From an uncultured Verrucomicrobiae bacterium (GTDB taxonomy: Bacteria; Verrucomicrobiota; Verrucomicrobiia; Chthoniobacterales; JAFAMB01): DNA of 64,000 nucleotides. Shown piece after piece: positions 29,075 through 38,907 of the stretch. How positions within the stretch are numbered: the first letter of the stretch is position 1; each line of letters begins with the position of its first letter. The stretch covers positions 1,376,001-1,440,000 of the forward strand of contig CAWIPH010000002.1 in assembly GCA_963837955.1 (NCBI GenBank), in the 5' to 3' direction. Position numbers and translations under genes: made by a program. The notes under the pieces were generated by a model. The model saw only the letters and a program-made list of their open reading frames with translations, had not been told where the DNA came from and did no database searches.

Positions 29075-29986
29075 ATGCAAAAACCTGCCAAGCCGACGGT
29101 GGTCATCGTCGGAGGATACAATGCTGACCTCGTAATCTCCTGCGAAACGCTGCCGGTAGAGGGAAAGAGCATGGTCGGCGGGCCGTTACAGATCTTTGGA
29201 GGCGGACGCGGCGCCAATTGCGCGGTGGCTGCGGCCCGAGCGGGAGCCAGGGTTGCCTTTGTTGGAGCCCATGGCCGGGACGCTTTTGGTGGGATGGCGC
29301 AAGGTCAGCTCAATAATGAAGGGATCGACATAACCAATTTTCGAGAGCTGCCTTTTGTCAGCACGGGGGCGTCCTTGAGCATGGTGGACATATCCACGGG
29401 CCGGAATTTCCTGGTTTGCGCGGAGTCCGCCAATAACCATCTGACACCGGAAATGGTTCGATCGACGCGGAGACTCCTGCACACGGCCGATCTGGTTATC
29501 TCTGAGCTTGAGATACCTCCGGAGACAGCCTGGGAGGCGAAGAAGATCTGCGAGGAACGCGATATCCCCTTTCTACTCGATATTTCGCCGATCAATCGAA
29601 TCACTCAAGTTCCGAAGAACAATATGCTAGCGATTGTGGCGGAGTCTTCGGACGAAGTCATGAGCATCACCGGTACGTCTAACGTTTCGGATGCCATTGT
29701 AGCTCTCCATCGGACGGGGGCCCGAAATGTGGTGCTCGTTGATCACAGCCGGGAAATTACCTATTCCGACGGGCAAACCGTCGGAACCGTCTCGGTGCCG
29801 GTTAAGCGCATCCTGGATCGCTGTGGAGCGACCGAGTGTCTGGAAACCTGGATCGGTCTGGCCCTGATTCGGAATGTTTCATTGTCCGAAGCCTGCCGCG
29901 AAGCGTCATTCGCGATGGCCCATAGCCTTACTCATATGGGAGGCCACAAAGGAATGCCGTATCGGTCCGAGGTATTGACGGTCTGA
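29075..29986 (+). CDS. Ribokinase/PfkB-family protein with degenerate catalytic motifs
   Basis: GG.N.DL, GGRGANCAVAAARAG, G.D.FG, AN..L and ELEIP present; C-terminal signature reads DRCGATE. Confidence 0.85.
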   Translation: MQKPAKPTVVIVGGYNADLVISCETLPVEGKSMVGGPLQIFGGGRGANCAVAAARAGARVAFVGAHGRDAFGGMAQGQLNNEGIDITNFRELPFVSTGASLSMVDISTGRNFLVCAESANNHLTPEMVRSTRRLLHTADLVISELEIPPETAWEAKKICEERDIPFLLDISPINRITQVPKNNMLAIVAESSDEVMSITGTSNVSDAIVALHRTGARNVVLVDHSREITYSDGQTVGTVSVPVKRILDRCGATECLETWIGLALIRNVSLSEACREASFAMAHSLTHMGGHKGMPYRSEVLTV

Positions 29987-30078
29987 GAGGAGCTCCGATC
30001 TTTCAACTTGCGGCGGTAGCAGCGTTCCAAGATGAGGAAGAAGAGGACTGAGGCCCAACCGCTCTTGTATTCCGTCTC

Positions 30079-30960
30079 CTATTTGCTCGCTCCTGCCGTT
30101 AGCCCGCCGCGCCAATATTTTCCGAGGAGAACGAACGCCATGAGTAGTGGCAAGACGCTGATGAGCGAGCCGAGAGCAATCAGGTGATAGGACGGTTTTC
30201 CGCCGCCCGCGGCGTTACTGACGCTGTTCCACACGTTTAGTCCGAGGGTTAAGGGATAAAGTTCGTCCTGGCTGAGGACGATCAGTGGGAGGAAGAAGTT
30301 GTTCCACGCGCCGACGAAACTGAGAAGCGCAACCGTCACCAGGCCGCTCTGCATTAACGGCATCCCCAGACGCCAAAAGATAAGCAATTCCCCGGCGCCG
30401 TCCAAGCGCGCCGCTTCAATCAGTTCGTTCGGAAAAGAGGCGTTCCAGAAAATGCGCATCAGATAGAGACCGAACGGATTCACCAAGCTCGGCAGGATGA
30501 CACCCCAGATAGTGTTCACTAACCCCAGCCGATAGAGCATGAGGAACAGCGGTAGAACCAGAGCTGTCGAAGGCACCATGATGGCGCCAAGAATGAAGTT
30601 AAAAAGAAATTGTTTTCCGGGAAAATCGTATTTGGCGAAAGCGTACCCGCCAAACGCGCAGATCAGCGTACTGCCCAACGAAATCGATCCGGCGTAAAGC
30701 AGCGAATTGCCAAACCACCGGACAAAAATTCCGTCCCGATAAGCGAAAAGGTCAGCGATGTTCTCAAAAAAGTGAGGTGGACTAGCAAACCACAAGCCGA
30801 ACGTGGTGAAAATCTGGCTGCTATCTTTGGTCACGGCAGCCAGGATCCAAGTCGCCGGTAGGATGCAATAAACCAGGAAGATCGCGAGAACCATGTAACG
30901 GAGAGCCCCCGGGAGGCGGGCTGCGGATCCAGCAGTCGAGGAAGTTTGCTTGGGCGCCAT
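30079..30960 (-). CDS. Carbohydrate ABC permease
   Basis: ELIEAARLDGAGE and WNNFFLPL motifs. Confidence 0.92.
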   Translation of the reverse strand: MAPKQTSSTAGSAARLPGALRYMVLAIFLVYCILPATWILAAVTKDSSQIFTTFGLWFASPPHFFENIADLFAYRDGIFVRWFGNSLLYAGSISLGSTLICAFGGYAFAKYDFPGKQFLFNFILGAIMVPSTALVLPLFLMLYRLGLVNTIWGVILPSLVNPFGLYLMRIFWNASFPNELIEAARLDGAGELLIFWRLGMPLMQSGLVTVALLSFVGAWNNFFLPLIVLSQDELYPLTLGLNVWNSVSNAAGGGKPSYHLIALGSLISVLPLLMAFVLLGKYWRGGLTAGASK

Positions 30961-30975
30961 GACCGTCCTGGATGG

Positions 30976-31839
30976 TTATCGGGAACTGATCCGACGAAGA
31001 AAAGCTCCGCTGATCGCGAAGATCACAATTGCCAACAAGATTGCTAACGCGCCGGCATACGAGTAGTTCGCGTCGCGAGCGGCGGTGAGATACAGATAAA
31101 GATTGGGCGTAATATTGTCGGCGACGTAACCAAGCGGACGCGTTACGAAAGCTTCGGTAAAGAGCTGAGATGTACCGATGACCGAAAAGATGAGGCAGAG
31201 TTGCAGCGTCGGAATCACTAGAGGGATCTTAATGTAGCGAACGATGTTCCAGCCCGTCGCTCCATCCACTCGGGCAGCTTCAAAGATGTCTTTTGGTATG
31301 TTCTGCAGGGCCGCGAAAAGGGTGATCATGTTGTAACCCGTCCACGCCCAGGTCACGATGTTCCCAATCGAGAAGAGGATGAGCGCTGGTGACAGAAAAT
31401 CGATCGTTCCTAAATGCAGCCCGCTCAGGATCTGATTAAACGGGGACAGATGGCGGGCGTACATATAGCCCCAAATCAATCCTCCGATCGCGGTCGGAAT
31501 CGTGTACGGCAGGAAATACACAGTACGACACACCCGAGTGAAGAGGCCGCGCGATTGGTCAAGGAGGAGTGCCAGCAGAATCGCGAGCCCGAGCATCACC
31601 GGAACCTGAACAATCCCAAATAAGAAGATATTCTTCAACCCGTTCAGAAAATCTGCATCTTGAACAGCTCGGACATAATTTTCGAGACCTCCGAAAACTT
31701 CTTTGGGCGGACCGATGCCGATCCGTTTCTTAATGAAGAGGCTTAGGTAGATCGCATAAAATATGGGAGCGAGGTAGAACGCAGCGAACACCGTCAGGAA
31801 TGGTGCTAAGAAGAGTAGAGCAGTCCTGTGGTAACGCAT
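30976..31839 (-). CDS. Carbohydrate ABC permease
   Basis: W.WTGYNM and EAARVDGA motifs. Confidence 0.92.
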   Translation of the reverse strand: MRYHRTALLFLAPFLTVFAAFYLAPIFYAIYLSLFIKKRIGIGPPKEVFGGLENYVRAVQDADFLNGLKNIFLFGIVQVPVMLGLAILLALLLDQSRGLFTRVCRTVYFLPYTIPTAIGGLIWGYMYARHLSPFNQILSGLHLGTIDFLSPALILFSIGNIVTWAWTGYNMITLFAALQNIPKDIFEAARVDGATGWNIVRYIKIPLVIPTLQLCLIFSVIGTSQLFTEAFVTRPLGYVADNITPNLYLYLTAARDANYSYAGALAILLAIVIFAISGAFLRRISSR

Positions 31840-31845
31840 TAGGAG

Positions 31846-32003
31846 AATCTCACGCAAAGGCAAAGCCGCAAAGAAAGACCGGATAGGAGAGAATAGAATG
31901 TCGGCATGGTTTTCTGTCCGCCGGTCAAGCTTTTGATGACTTAATAGTTATTCCCACCTTCCTCGCCGTTCTCTTTGCGCCTTTGCGTCTTTGCGTGAGA
32001 TTT
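31846..32003. repeat. Intergenic inverted repeat built from GCAAAG units
   Basis: aatctcacgcaaaggcaaagccgcaaag ... ctttgcgcctttgcgtctttgcgtgagatt. Confidence 0.75.
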
Positions 32004-32008
32004 TATTC

Positions 32009-33421
32009 CTACTGCCCCTTCACGTCATATCCGGCGTCTTTACCGTTCTTGAGGCAGTCGCTCTGCCAACCATCAAGCGCCTGCTTTACTGTGGCCGACC
32101 CGCCGACCAAGTCCGCTATGTGTTTGTTGTAATTATCATTCGCGAAGGCAAACCACGGAGCCCAAGCAAAATCGACATTGATTGCTTTCGCGGCATCGGA
32201 ATAAAGCTGGGTCAGGTTTTGGCCACCACAAAACTTGGAAGGATTTTTGTCGGGATGGTTGAGATCGGGAGACGCCAGACCGGAAAGCGAGGCTGGGAAG
32301 ATCCCGGTGTTAACCCAGTTGGCGATGACCGGCGCTTTGCGGGTATTCAACCATATGCAGAAGAGGGTAGCTGCCTTTGGATGCTTCGATTGTTTTGTCA
32401 CAGCATTGCAACTACCTCCCCAGTTTCCGCTGCGGAACGGCTGATCTTTACTCCATTGAGGGAGGGGCGCTGCCCGCCAGTCACCAGCTGTCTTATCATT
32501 CAACGAAGCAGCAAAGACACCCGGACCCCAGGCAGCCTCCACCGATGAAGCGATCTGACCAGATCCGAGTGCGGTATAAAACTCCGCGGTAAAATCGGGC
32601 AAAGTCGAGACGTATCCTTTCTTCACCAGACCGTCCCAGAAAGTCAGTACCTTCTCCGAGGCAGAGTTGTTCAGGGTTTGAGTCCAAGAATCACCCTTTA
32701 CCTTGAAAAATTCGCCGCCGCTGGCCCAAGCGAGTCCGATGAACCAGGGCGCGTGGGTAGGGAAGAAGTCCGCCATCTTAACTTTGCCGTTACTGGCTTT
32801 GGCAAGTTTCTCTGCCTGTTGAGCAAACTCGTCCCAGGTGGTTGGAACGGTAAGTTGGTACTGATCGAAGATTTTTTTGTTGTAGACGAAGGCCATTGGT
32901 CCGGTGTCTTGCGGAATTCCAAAGACTGCTTTTCCATCTGGCGACACTTGTCCCCAAGTCCAATCCACAAAATACGATTTGGCGTCATTCGCACCATACT
33001 GCGAGATGTCAGCTAGACCGTCAGTTGCGATGAATGAGGGCAGAAAATCGTACTCGATCTGCGCAACGTCAGGCGCTCCGGATCCGGCTTTGAGTACGGT
33101 TTGCAGTTTCTGGTACTCTGCCGGTCCGCCACCGACGTTGTTCGCGTGTACTTTGATGTTGGGGAAGGCTTGCTCGAATTCTTTTACTACCTGATCTAAT
33201 CCGACTACCCACGACCAAACCTCTAGAGTGATCTGACCATCCTCCACTTTGAACTTGCTATAGTCGGGTTCCTTGAAGTCGGTCGAAGATTGAGCCGAGG
33301 AGCGAAGCAGTGGGGTGGTCACCAAGGCGAATAAAACCAAAAGACCGAGGATTGGCTTCAGGCATTGGAAACGAGATGTTTGCCAAAAGATATGCGAAAG
33401 AATTCTGGGGGGTGTAACCAT
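32009..33421 (-). CDS. Sugar ABC substrate-binding protein
   Basis: Signal peptide; AGSGAPDVAQIEY, PQDTGPM, PTTWDEF and NWGGS motifs. Confidence 0.92.
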   Translation of the reverse strand: MVTPPRILSHIFWQTSRFQCLKPILGLLVLFALVTTPLLRSSAQSSTDFKEPDYSKFKVEDGQITLEVWSWVVGLDQVVKEFEQAFPNIKVHANNVGGGPAEYQKLQTVLKAGSGAPDVAQIEYDFLPSFIATDGLADISQYGANDAKSYFVDWTWGQVSPDGKAVFGIPQDTGPMAFVYNKKIFDQYQLTVPTTWDEFAQQAEKLAKASNGKVKMADFFPTHAPWFIGLAWASGGEFFKVKGDSWTQTLNNSASEKVLTFWDGLVKKGYVSTLPDFTAEFYTALGSGQIASSVEAAWGPGVFAASLNDKTAGDWRAAPLPQWSKDQPFRSGNWGGSCNAVTKQSKHPKAATLFCIWLNTRKAPVIANWVNTGIFPASLSGLASPDLNHPDKNPSKFCGGQNLTQLYSDAAKAINVDFAWAPWFAFANDNYNKHIADLVGGSATVKQALDGWQSDCLKNGKDAGYDVKGQ

Positions 33422-33500
33422 AAGAGGATCTGGATAATAGGGTCCGATTGGGTTGGGGAATGCGGCTATCCTGGTTGACGCATGGGGGGAATTAGGGGTA

Positions 33501-33520
33501 CGTTGTGAACGTTCACAACG
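33501..33520. promoter_or_regulatory. LacI-family operator
   Basis: Perfect 20-bp palindrome CGTTGTGAACGTTCACAACG with central CG, between the divergent SBP and LacI genes. Confidence 0.85.
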
Positions 33521-33617
33521 CTTACACTAACTGTTCCCTTCCCACAACCGAATTCTGCCGCTCATCTTTGCCATTCCCAGCCAGTCTCGTTCCCGATCAG
33601 CCCAGCCGAATTCATCC

Positions 33618-34676
33618 ATGTCCGCCCCACATTCCCAACGCTCGAAACCTCCTACCCTCAAGGATGTGGCGGCCCGATCAGACGTTTCCTACCAGACAGT
33701 TTCTCGCGTCGTAAACGGTAGTCTCCACGTCAAGGCCGAGACCAGGGCTCGGGTAACCGAAGCGATGGAAGCGCTTCGATACCGGCCAAACCAGGCCGCC
33801 CGGCATCTGGTCAGCCGGCAATCGATGATCATCGGCTGCGTCTCATCGATCACTTTTTATGGACCTGCTCGAATCATGGTGAGCGTGGAAATGTGCGCGA
33901 AGAGACATGGGTACAATGTCATGTTTTCGGAGCTTCCCGAAGTAAGTCTTGCCGAAGTTCGTCACTCGGTAGACGAACTTTGCGCCCGCCAGGTGGATGG
34001 CATCGTTTTCCTTATCCCGCTCCAGCTCGAGATGGATTTCATTCGGAGTATTTGCCAGGACGTTCCGTTCGTCGCGATCGATGTCGATTTAGGACCCCGC
34101 CTCCCGGTAGTCATGGTCGACCAGAACAGAGGCGCGCGCCTGGCTATCCAACATGTCACCGGCCTAGGGCACAGCCAGATAGCTTTCATTTGCGGACCTT
34201 CACAGTGGCGAGCCACTAAACTGCGTACCCAAGGCTGGATGAAAGCGTTAAAACGGCTCAACCTCTCACCCGGACCTATGCTCGAAGGTGATTGGAGTCC
34301 TCAGAGCGGCTACCTGGCCACTCTCGAATTGATCCGCCGTCACCGAGGTAATTTCACTGCTCTGGTAGTAGCGAACGATCATATGGCCCTCGGAGCATTG
34401 AGTGCTTTCCACGAGAACGGCATCAAGGTCCCTGACGAAATCTCAGTCATCGGATACGATGGGATGCCCGAGACCGAGTTTTATCAGCCTCCTCTTTCCA
34501 CTATCTACCAGGACTTTGCTGCTCTGGGAGAAGTGAGCGTCGAATTTCTACTGAAAATGATAAACCGGCCCGGTAGTCCGCCAAAACGTTTTCTACTGAA
34601 GCCGGTCCTGATCCCCAGAAGGAGCACGGCTTCGCGGCCCGCGATCAAAAAGCGAACTGTGAAAGGCAAGACGTGA
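33618..34676 (+). CDS. LacI-family transcriptional regulator
   Basis: TLKDVA..S.VSYQTVSRVVN, YRPNQAAR.L and ND.MALG motifs. Confidence 0.95.
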   Translation: MSAPHSQRSKPPTLKDVAARSDVSYQTVSRVVNGSLHVKAETRARVTEAMEALRYRPNQAARHLVSRQSMIIGCVSSITFYGPARIMVSVEMCAKRHGYNVMFSELPEVSLAEVRHSVDELCARQVDGIVFLIPLQLEMDFIRSICQDVPFVAIDVDLGPRLPVVMVDQNRGARLAIQHVTGLGHSQIAFICGPSQWRATKLRTQGWMKALKRLNLSPGPMLEGDWSPQSGYLATLELIRRHRGNFTALVVANDHMALGALSAFHENGIKVPDEISVIGYDGMPETEFYQPPLSTIYQDFAALGEVSVEFLLKMINRPGSPPKRFLLKPVLIPRRSTASRPAIKKRTVKGKT

Positions 34677-34869
34677 TAAGCGAAACAAATAGCAGGGCGT
34701 TGGTTGATGGAGATAGGAACGTGGCGCGCCGGATTGCTGGCTCACCTCACCACAAACCGCAGTCGCCATGCGCTTTCAATAGACCAAACCGATTGGACGC
34801 GGACCCGGTTTTGTCAGGACTGGCCGCGTCCGAGGCTTCGCGAAGTCGGGCTCGTGTTGCATTAGACCA

Positions 34870-34919
34870 GTTCCCGGCGTTCCCGGCGTTCCCGGCGATG
34901 GCGGCGTTCCCGGCGTTCC
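34870..34919. repeat. 9-bp tandem repeat (GTTCCCGGC)
   Basis: Five to six units; related arrays at 49270-49480. Confidence 0.85.
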
Positions 34920-34948
34920 TTTGCGCTTCTCATTCCCCTTAAATCAAA

Positions 34949-36922
34949 ATGACATCACCATCTATCACCCCTACGCCAAGCCTTGGCGTCTGTTATTACC
35001 CGGAACATTTGCCCGCAGAATATTGGCCTGCCGATTTCGATTCGATGCGCGACATCGGAATACGCATTGTTCGGGTAGGCGAGTTCGCTTGGAGCAGGTT
35101 TGAACCGGAGCCAGGCGAATACCGATTCTCCTGGTTGGAGCAAATTCTGGATCTGGCCGAATCGAAGAGTTTGTCCATAGTCCTGGGCACGCCAACGTCC
35201 GCGCCGCCGAAGTGGCTGGTTGATCAGATGCCTGACATGGTCGCGGTGGATGCAAACGGCCACCGGAAAGGTTTCGGCTCTCGCCGTCATTATTGCTTTT
35301 CGCATGCCGGTTATCGAAAAGAGTGTGAACGCATCGTAACGAAGCTGGCCCAGACCTTCGGTGAACATCCTGCGGTTGTGGCTTGGCAAACTGACAACGA
35401 GTTTGGCTGTCACAACACTGTTTTGAGCTATTCCGATGCAGCCCGTATCGCTTTCCGGTCCTGGTTGAGAAACCGGTATGGGTCGATCGACCAACTCAAT
35501 CAGGCTTGGGGGAATGTTTTCTGGAGCATGGAGTATCGGAATTTCGACGAGATAGAGCTTCCTAATCTTACAGTCACAGAGCCTAATCCGGCTCACCAGC
35601 TCGATTATCGTCGTTTCTCCTCCGATGAGGTCGACAGTTTCAATCGACTACAAGTAGACCTCCTTCGCCAGTATTCGCCCGGTAGAACGATTCTTCACAA
35701 TTTCATGGCGAAGTTTCTAGACTTCGACCATTTCGAAGTCTCCAAATCCTTGGACGCAGCTAGTTGGGACTCCTACCCACTCGGGGCACTCACCTTACTG
35801 AATGCACCGGAGTCACATAAGGCTCGCTACCTACACACAGGCGATCCCGACTTGACTGCCTTTCATCACGATCTCTATCGAGCCTGTGGTCGAGGCCGGT
35901 CGTGGGTAATGGAACAGCAGCCTGGTCCGGTTAACTGGGCTGCCTACAATCCTGCTCCGCATCCCGGGATGGTTCGCCTGTGGACCTACGAAGCGATTGC
36001 CCATGGGGCCGAAGTCGTCAGCTATTTCTGTTGGCGGCAAGCGCCTTTCGCTCAGGAACAGATGCACTCCGGATTGAATCTCCCCAACCGGGAACCAGAC
36101 ATTGGTTCGTTCGAGGTTCGCCAAACGGCCAAGGAACTTGCGCAAATGGAGCTTGCCTCATCACTTCCGGGAGAGGTCGCCTTGGTGTACGACTATGAAG
36201 CGGCCTGGATGCTCGGCATTCAACCGCAGGGGGATAACTTTGATTATTTCTCGGTCGTTTTGAGCTTCTATAGAGCTCTCCGGCGATCCGGTCTTAACAT
36301 CGATATTCTGCCCCAGGGCGCACCGTTAGATCCCTATAAGGTAGTGGTGATTCCATCTCTGCCAATCGTGTATCCGAAATTGGTAGAATCACTCAAACGA
36401 TTCCGCGGACAGACTCTAATCGGTCCACGGACAGGGTCGAAAACGCCAAATTTCCAGATCCCGACAGAACTACCTCCGGGTCCACTCCAAGAACTGATAC
36501 CCCTAAAGATCGTTCGAGCGGAGTCTTTACCCGATTTTGTTTCACTCTCCCTAGTTTGGAATTCGGCTAATTACGGATGCCATTCCTGGCTTGAACATGT
36601 GCGAACCGAAATCGCACCACTCATTCAGCTCACAGATGGACACGGAATCGCTTACCGGAACGGCAAAATCACCTATCTGGCCACGTTGCCTGAGCAACCC
36701 TTTCTGGATAAAATTGTTGAAGGTCTTCTGCGCGAGGAGGGATTGAAATTCAGCGCGGTACCGCCAGGTGTTCGCGTTCGCACGCGCGGACAACATCGGT
36801 TTTTCTTTAATTATAACTCAGAGAGCGTGACGTTGGATTTGCCGCCCGAAACAAAATTTGTGCTCGGCGCTGGTGTGATGCCGACCGCAGGCGTGACGAT
36901 AGTCGAACGCCCTCAGCATTGA
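34949..36922 (+). CDS. GH42 beta-galactosidase
   Basis: GVCYYPEH, GEFAWS..EP, WQTDNE and MEQQPGPVNW motifs. Confidence 0.95.
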   Translation: MTSPSITPTPSLGVCYYPEHLPAEYWPADFDSMRDIGIRIVRVGEFAWSRFEPEPGEYRFSWLEQILDLAESKSLSIVLGTPTSAPPKWLVDQMPDMVAVDANGHRKGFGSRRHYCFSHAGYRKECERIVTKLAQTFGEHPAVVAWQTDNEFGCHNTVLSYSDAARIAFRSWLRNRYGSIDQLNQAWGNVFWSMEYRNFDEIELPNLTVTEPNPAHQLDYRRFSSDEVDSFNRLQVDLLRQYSPGRTILHNFMAKFLDFDHFEVSKSLDAASWDSYPLGALTLLNAPESHKARYLHTGDPDLTAFHHDLYRACGRGRSWVMEQQPGPVNWAAYNPAPHPGMVRLWTYEAIAHGAEVVSYFCWRQAPFAQEQMHSGLNLPNREPDIGSFEVRQTAKELAQMELASSLPGEVALVYDYEAAWMLGIQPQGDNFDYFSVVLSFYRALRRSGLNIDILPQGAPLDPYKVVVIPSLPIVYPKLVESLKRFRGQTLIGPRTGSKTPNFQIPTELPPGPLQELIPLKIVRAESLPDFVSLSLVWNSANYGCHSWLEHVRTEIAPLIQLTDGHGIAYRNGKITYLATLPEQPFLDKIVEGLLREEGLKFSAVPPGVRVRTRGQHRFFFNYNSESVTLDLPPETKFVLGAGVMPTAGVTIVERPQH

Positions 36923-37213
36923 AGGTAGTTGACTCGGCGGCAGCCGCCTATGTGCGTCGACTTAAGGCCGACGTTTGGGTCTCTGCCCCGAAGGGGGGAG
37001 GGCGCACGTCCTCGTGCGCCGCGGATTGCGAGGACGCGATCCCTCCCCCCTTCAGCAGCTCCAACCCGCGGTGCGGGTGTTTTTCCGAGTGGGCGTCCGA
37101 TCCGGCGCCTTATGGGAGCAGAGAACCAAACGTTGGGCGCAATCGCCAACTGCCCTGGCTGAGACCGCCGCGCTCCCGGATATTTCCCAACTCCTAACCT
37201 CCCAACCTCCTCC

Positions 37214-38560
37214 TCACAACGGCCGGAACCGCGCGGTAAAGTGTCGCAAGAACGGCGGTTCCTGAATGATTTCGACGCCGCGAAGTTCGTGTTTGCGCTC
37301 GTTCACTTCTAAGATGGCTTCGATCAAGTAGTCTATGTGGCTTTGGGTATACACGCGGCGGGGGATAGCTAACCGCAGCAGCTCCAGGCGCGCATCTCCG
37401 CCGAACATCACTGAGCCGATCTCCACCGAGCGAACACCGGCGTGTCGATAGAGTTCGATGGCGAGCGCCTGTCCGGGAAACTGGTGTTTAGGAATCTGCG
37501 GCAGCATCAGGCCGGCATCGATATAAATGGCGTGACCACCAGGGGGTTCGACAATAGGCACTCCAGCGTCCGCGATATGACGACCCAGGTATCCCGTGGA
37601 CACAATGCGATATTCGAGATACTCGGGTTGCAGCACTTCTTCGAGGCCAACCGCAATTGCGTCCAAGTCTCGGCCGGCCAATCCACCGTAGGTAGGAAAT
37701 CCCTCGGTTAGAATCAAGAGATTCATCTCTTGTTCGGCTAGCGCGTCATCGTTGGTGCAAAGCAAGCCCCCGATGTTTGCGAATGCGTCTTTCTTCGCGG
37801 AGAACGTGCAACCGTCCGCCAGCGAAAACATTTCACAGGCAATCTCGCGCGGTGTCTTGCCGGCATAACCTGCTTCCCGTAGTTTGATAAACCAGGCGTT
37901 TTCAGCGAAGCGACAGGCATCGAGGTAGAGTGGAATGCCATGTCTCTTCGTCACTTCGCGCGCAGCCCGGATGTTGGCCAGCGAGACCGGCTGTCCGCCA
38001 CCTGAGTTGTTCGTCACCGTGATCATTACGAGCGGGATCTTCGGAGCTCCCTCGCGCACGATTAACGCTTCGAGCGCAGCGATATCGAGATTCCCCTTAA
38101 AAGGGAGACGAGCCTGAGTGTCGCTGGCTTCAGGAATAGGAAGATCGACGGCAGCCGCACCGGTGAATTCGATGTTTGCCCGCGTCGTATCGAAATGAGT
38201 GTTGTTCGGAACGATATGCCCCGGCTTGCAGAGAACAGAAAATAAAATGCGCTCCGCAGCTCGCCCCTGATGAGTCGGTATCACGTGGCGAAACGCAGTG
38301 AGCCCCTGAACAACACTCTGAAGTCGAAAAAAACTTTCGCTACCGGCATACGATTCATCGCCGCGCATTACGGCTGCCCACTGCTCGGTGGACATAGCGC
38401 TGGTGCCGGAATCGGTGAGCAGGTCGAGCAACACATCGACAGCGCGAAGCTGGAACAGGTTGTATCCAGCGCGCTGGAGCAAAAGTTCACGCTGCTCGGG
38501 TGTAGTGCGAGTGAGTGGCTCAACGCTTTTGATCCGGAACGGTTCAATGATGGTCTTCAC
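37214..38560 (-). CDS. tnaA: Tryptophanase
   Basis: EPFRIKSVE, DLLTDSGT, THQGRAAE, SAKKD, TYGGLAGRD; LRHFTA and SAKKD favour tryptophanase over tyrosine phenol-lyase (LRFFTA, SGKKD). Confidence 0.88.
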   Translation of the reverse strand: MKTIIEPFRIKSVEPLTRTTPEQRELLLQRAGYNLFQLRAVDVLLDLLTDSGTSAMSTEQWAAVMRGDESYAGSESFFRLQSVVQGLTAFRHVIPTHQGRAAERILFSVLCKPGHIVPNNTHFDTTRANIEFTGAAAVDLPIPEASDTQARLPFKGNLDIAALEALIVREGAPKIPLVMITVTNNSGGGQPVSLANIRAAREVTKRHGIPLYLDACRFAENAWFIKLREAGYAGKTPREIACEMFSLADGCTFSAKKDAFANIGGLLCTNDDALAEQEMNLLILTEGFPTYGGLAGRDLDAIAVGLEEVLQPEYLEYRIVSTGYLGRHIADAGVPIVEPPGGHAIYIDAGLMLPQIPKHQFPGQALAIELYRHAGVRSVEIGSVMFGGDARLELLRLAIPRRVYTQSHIDYLIEAILEVNERKHELRGVEIIQEPPFLRHFTARFRPL

Positions 38561-38608
38561 TTTGGGAATTCTAGCCTGAAATTAGCGGCACAGGCAAAGC
38601 GTTCGCCT

Positions 38609-38782
38609 TGGTCCAGCGTTGGTAGGGCGAAAATTTATTTGAGCCGGGAACCCCTGAGCGGCTCACGCAAAAGCGTTCGCCCTACCGATCGTGGGCATTG
38701 GTCCAGTGTTGGTAGGGGCGAAAATTTATTTGAGCCGGAAACTCCTGAGCGGCTCACGCAAAAGCGTTCGCCCTACCGATCG
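38609..38782. repeat. Two tandem GTAG-type REP-like elements
   Basis: ggtagggcgaaaatttatttgagccgg...cctgagcggctcacgcaaaagcgttcgccctaccgatc occurs twice. Confidence 0.85.
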
Positions 38783-38907
38783 TGTTCCACCAATCACCAA
38801 TCACTTCTCACTAATCACGTTCTTTTGCGGCTAAAACTCTCCTTCAACGTTTTCGCTATTCTCCCGCGGAGATTTGATTCATCATTTTCGGGTTTCTTAA
38901 CCGGTTA

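Noticed and set aside
38609..38782. Possible CRISPR array
   Set aside because: Only two ~90-bp copies with no unique spacers; same family as dispersed REP-like elements.
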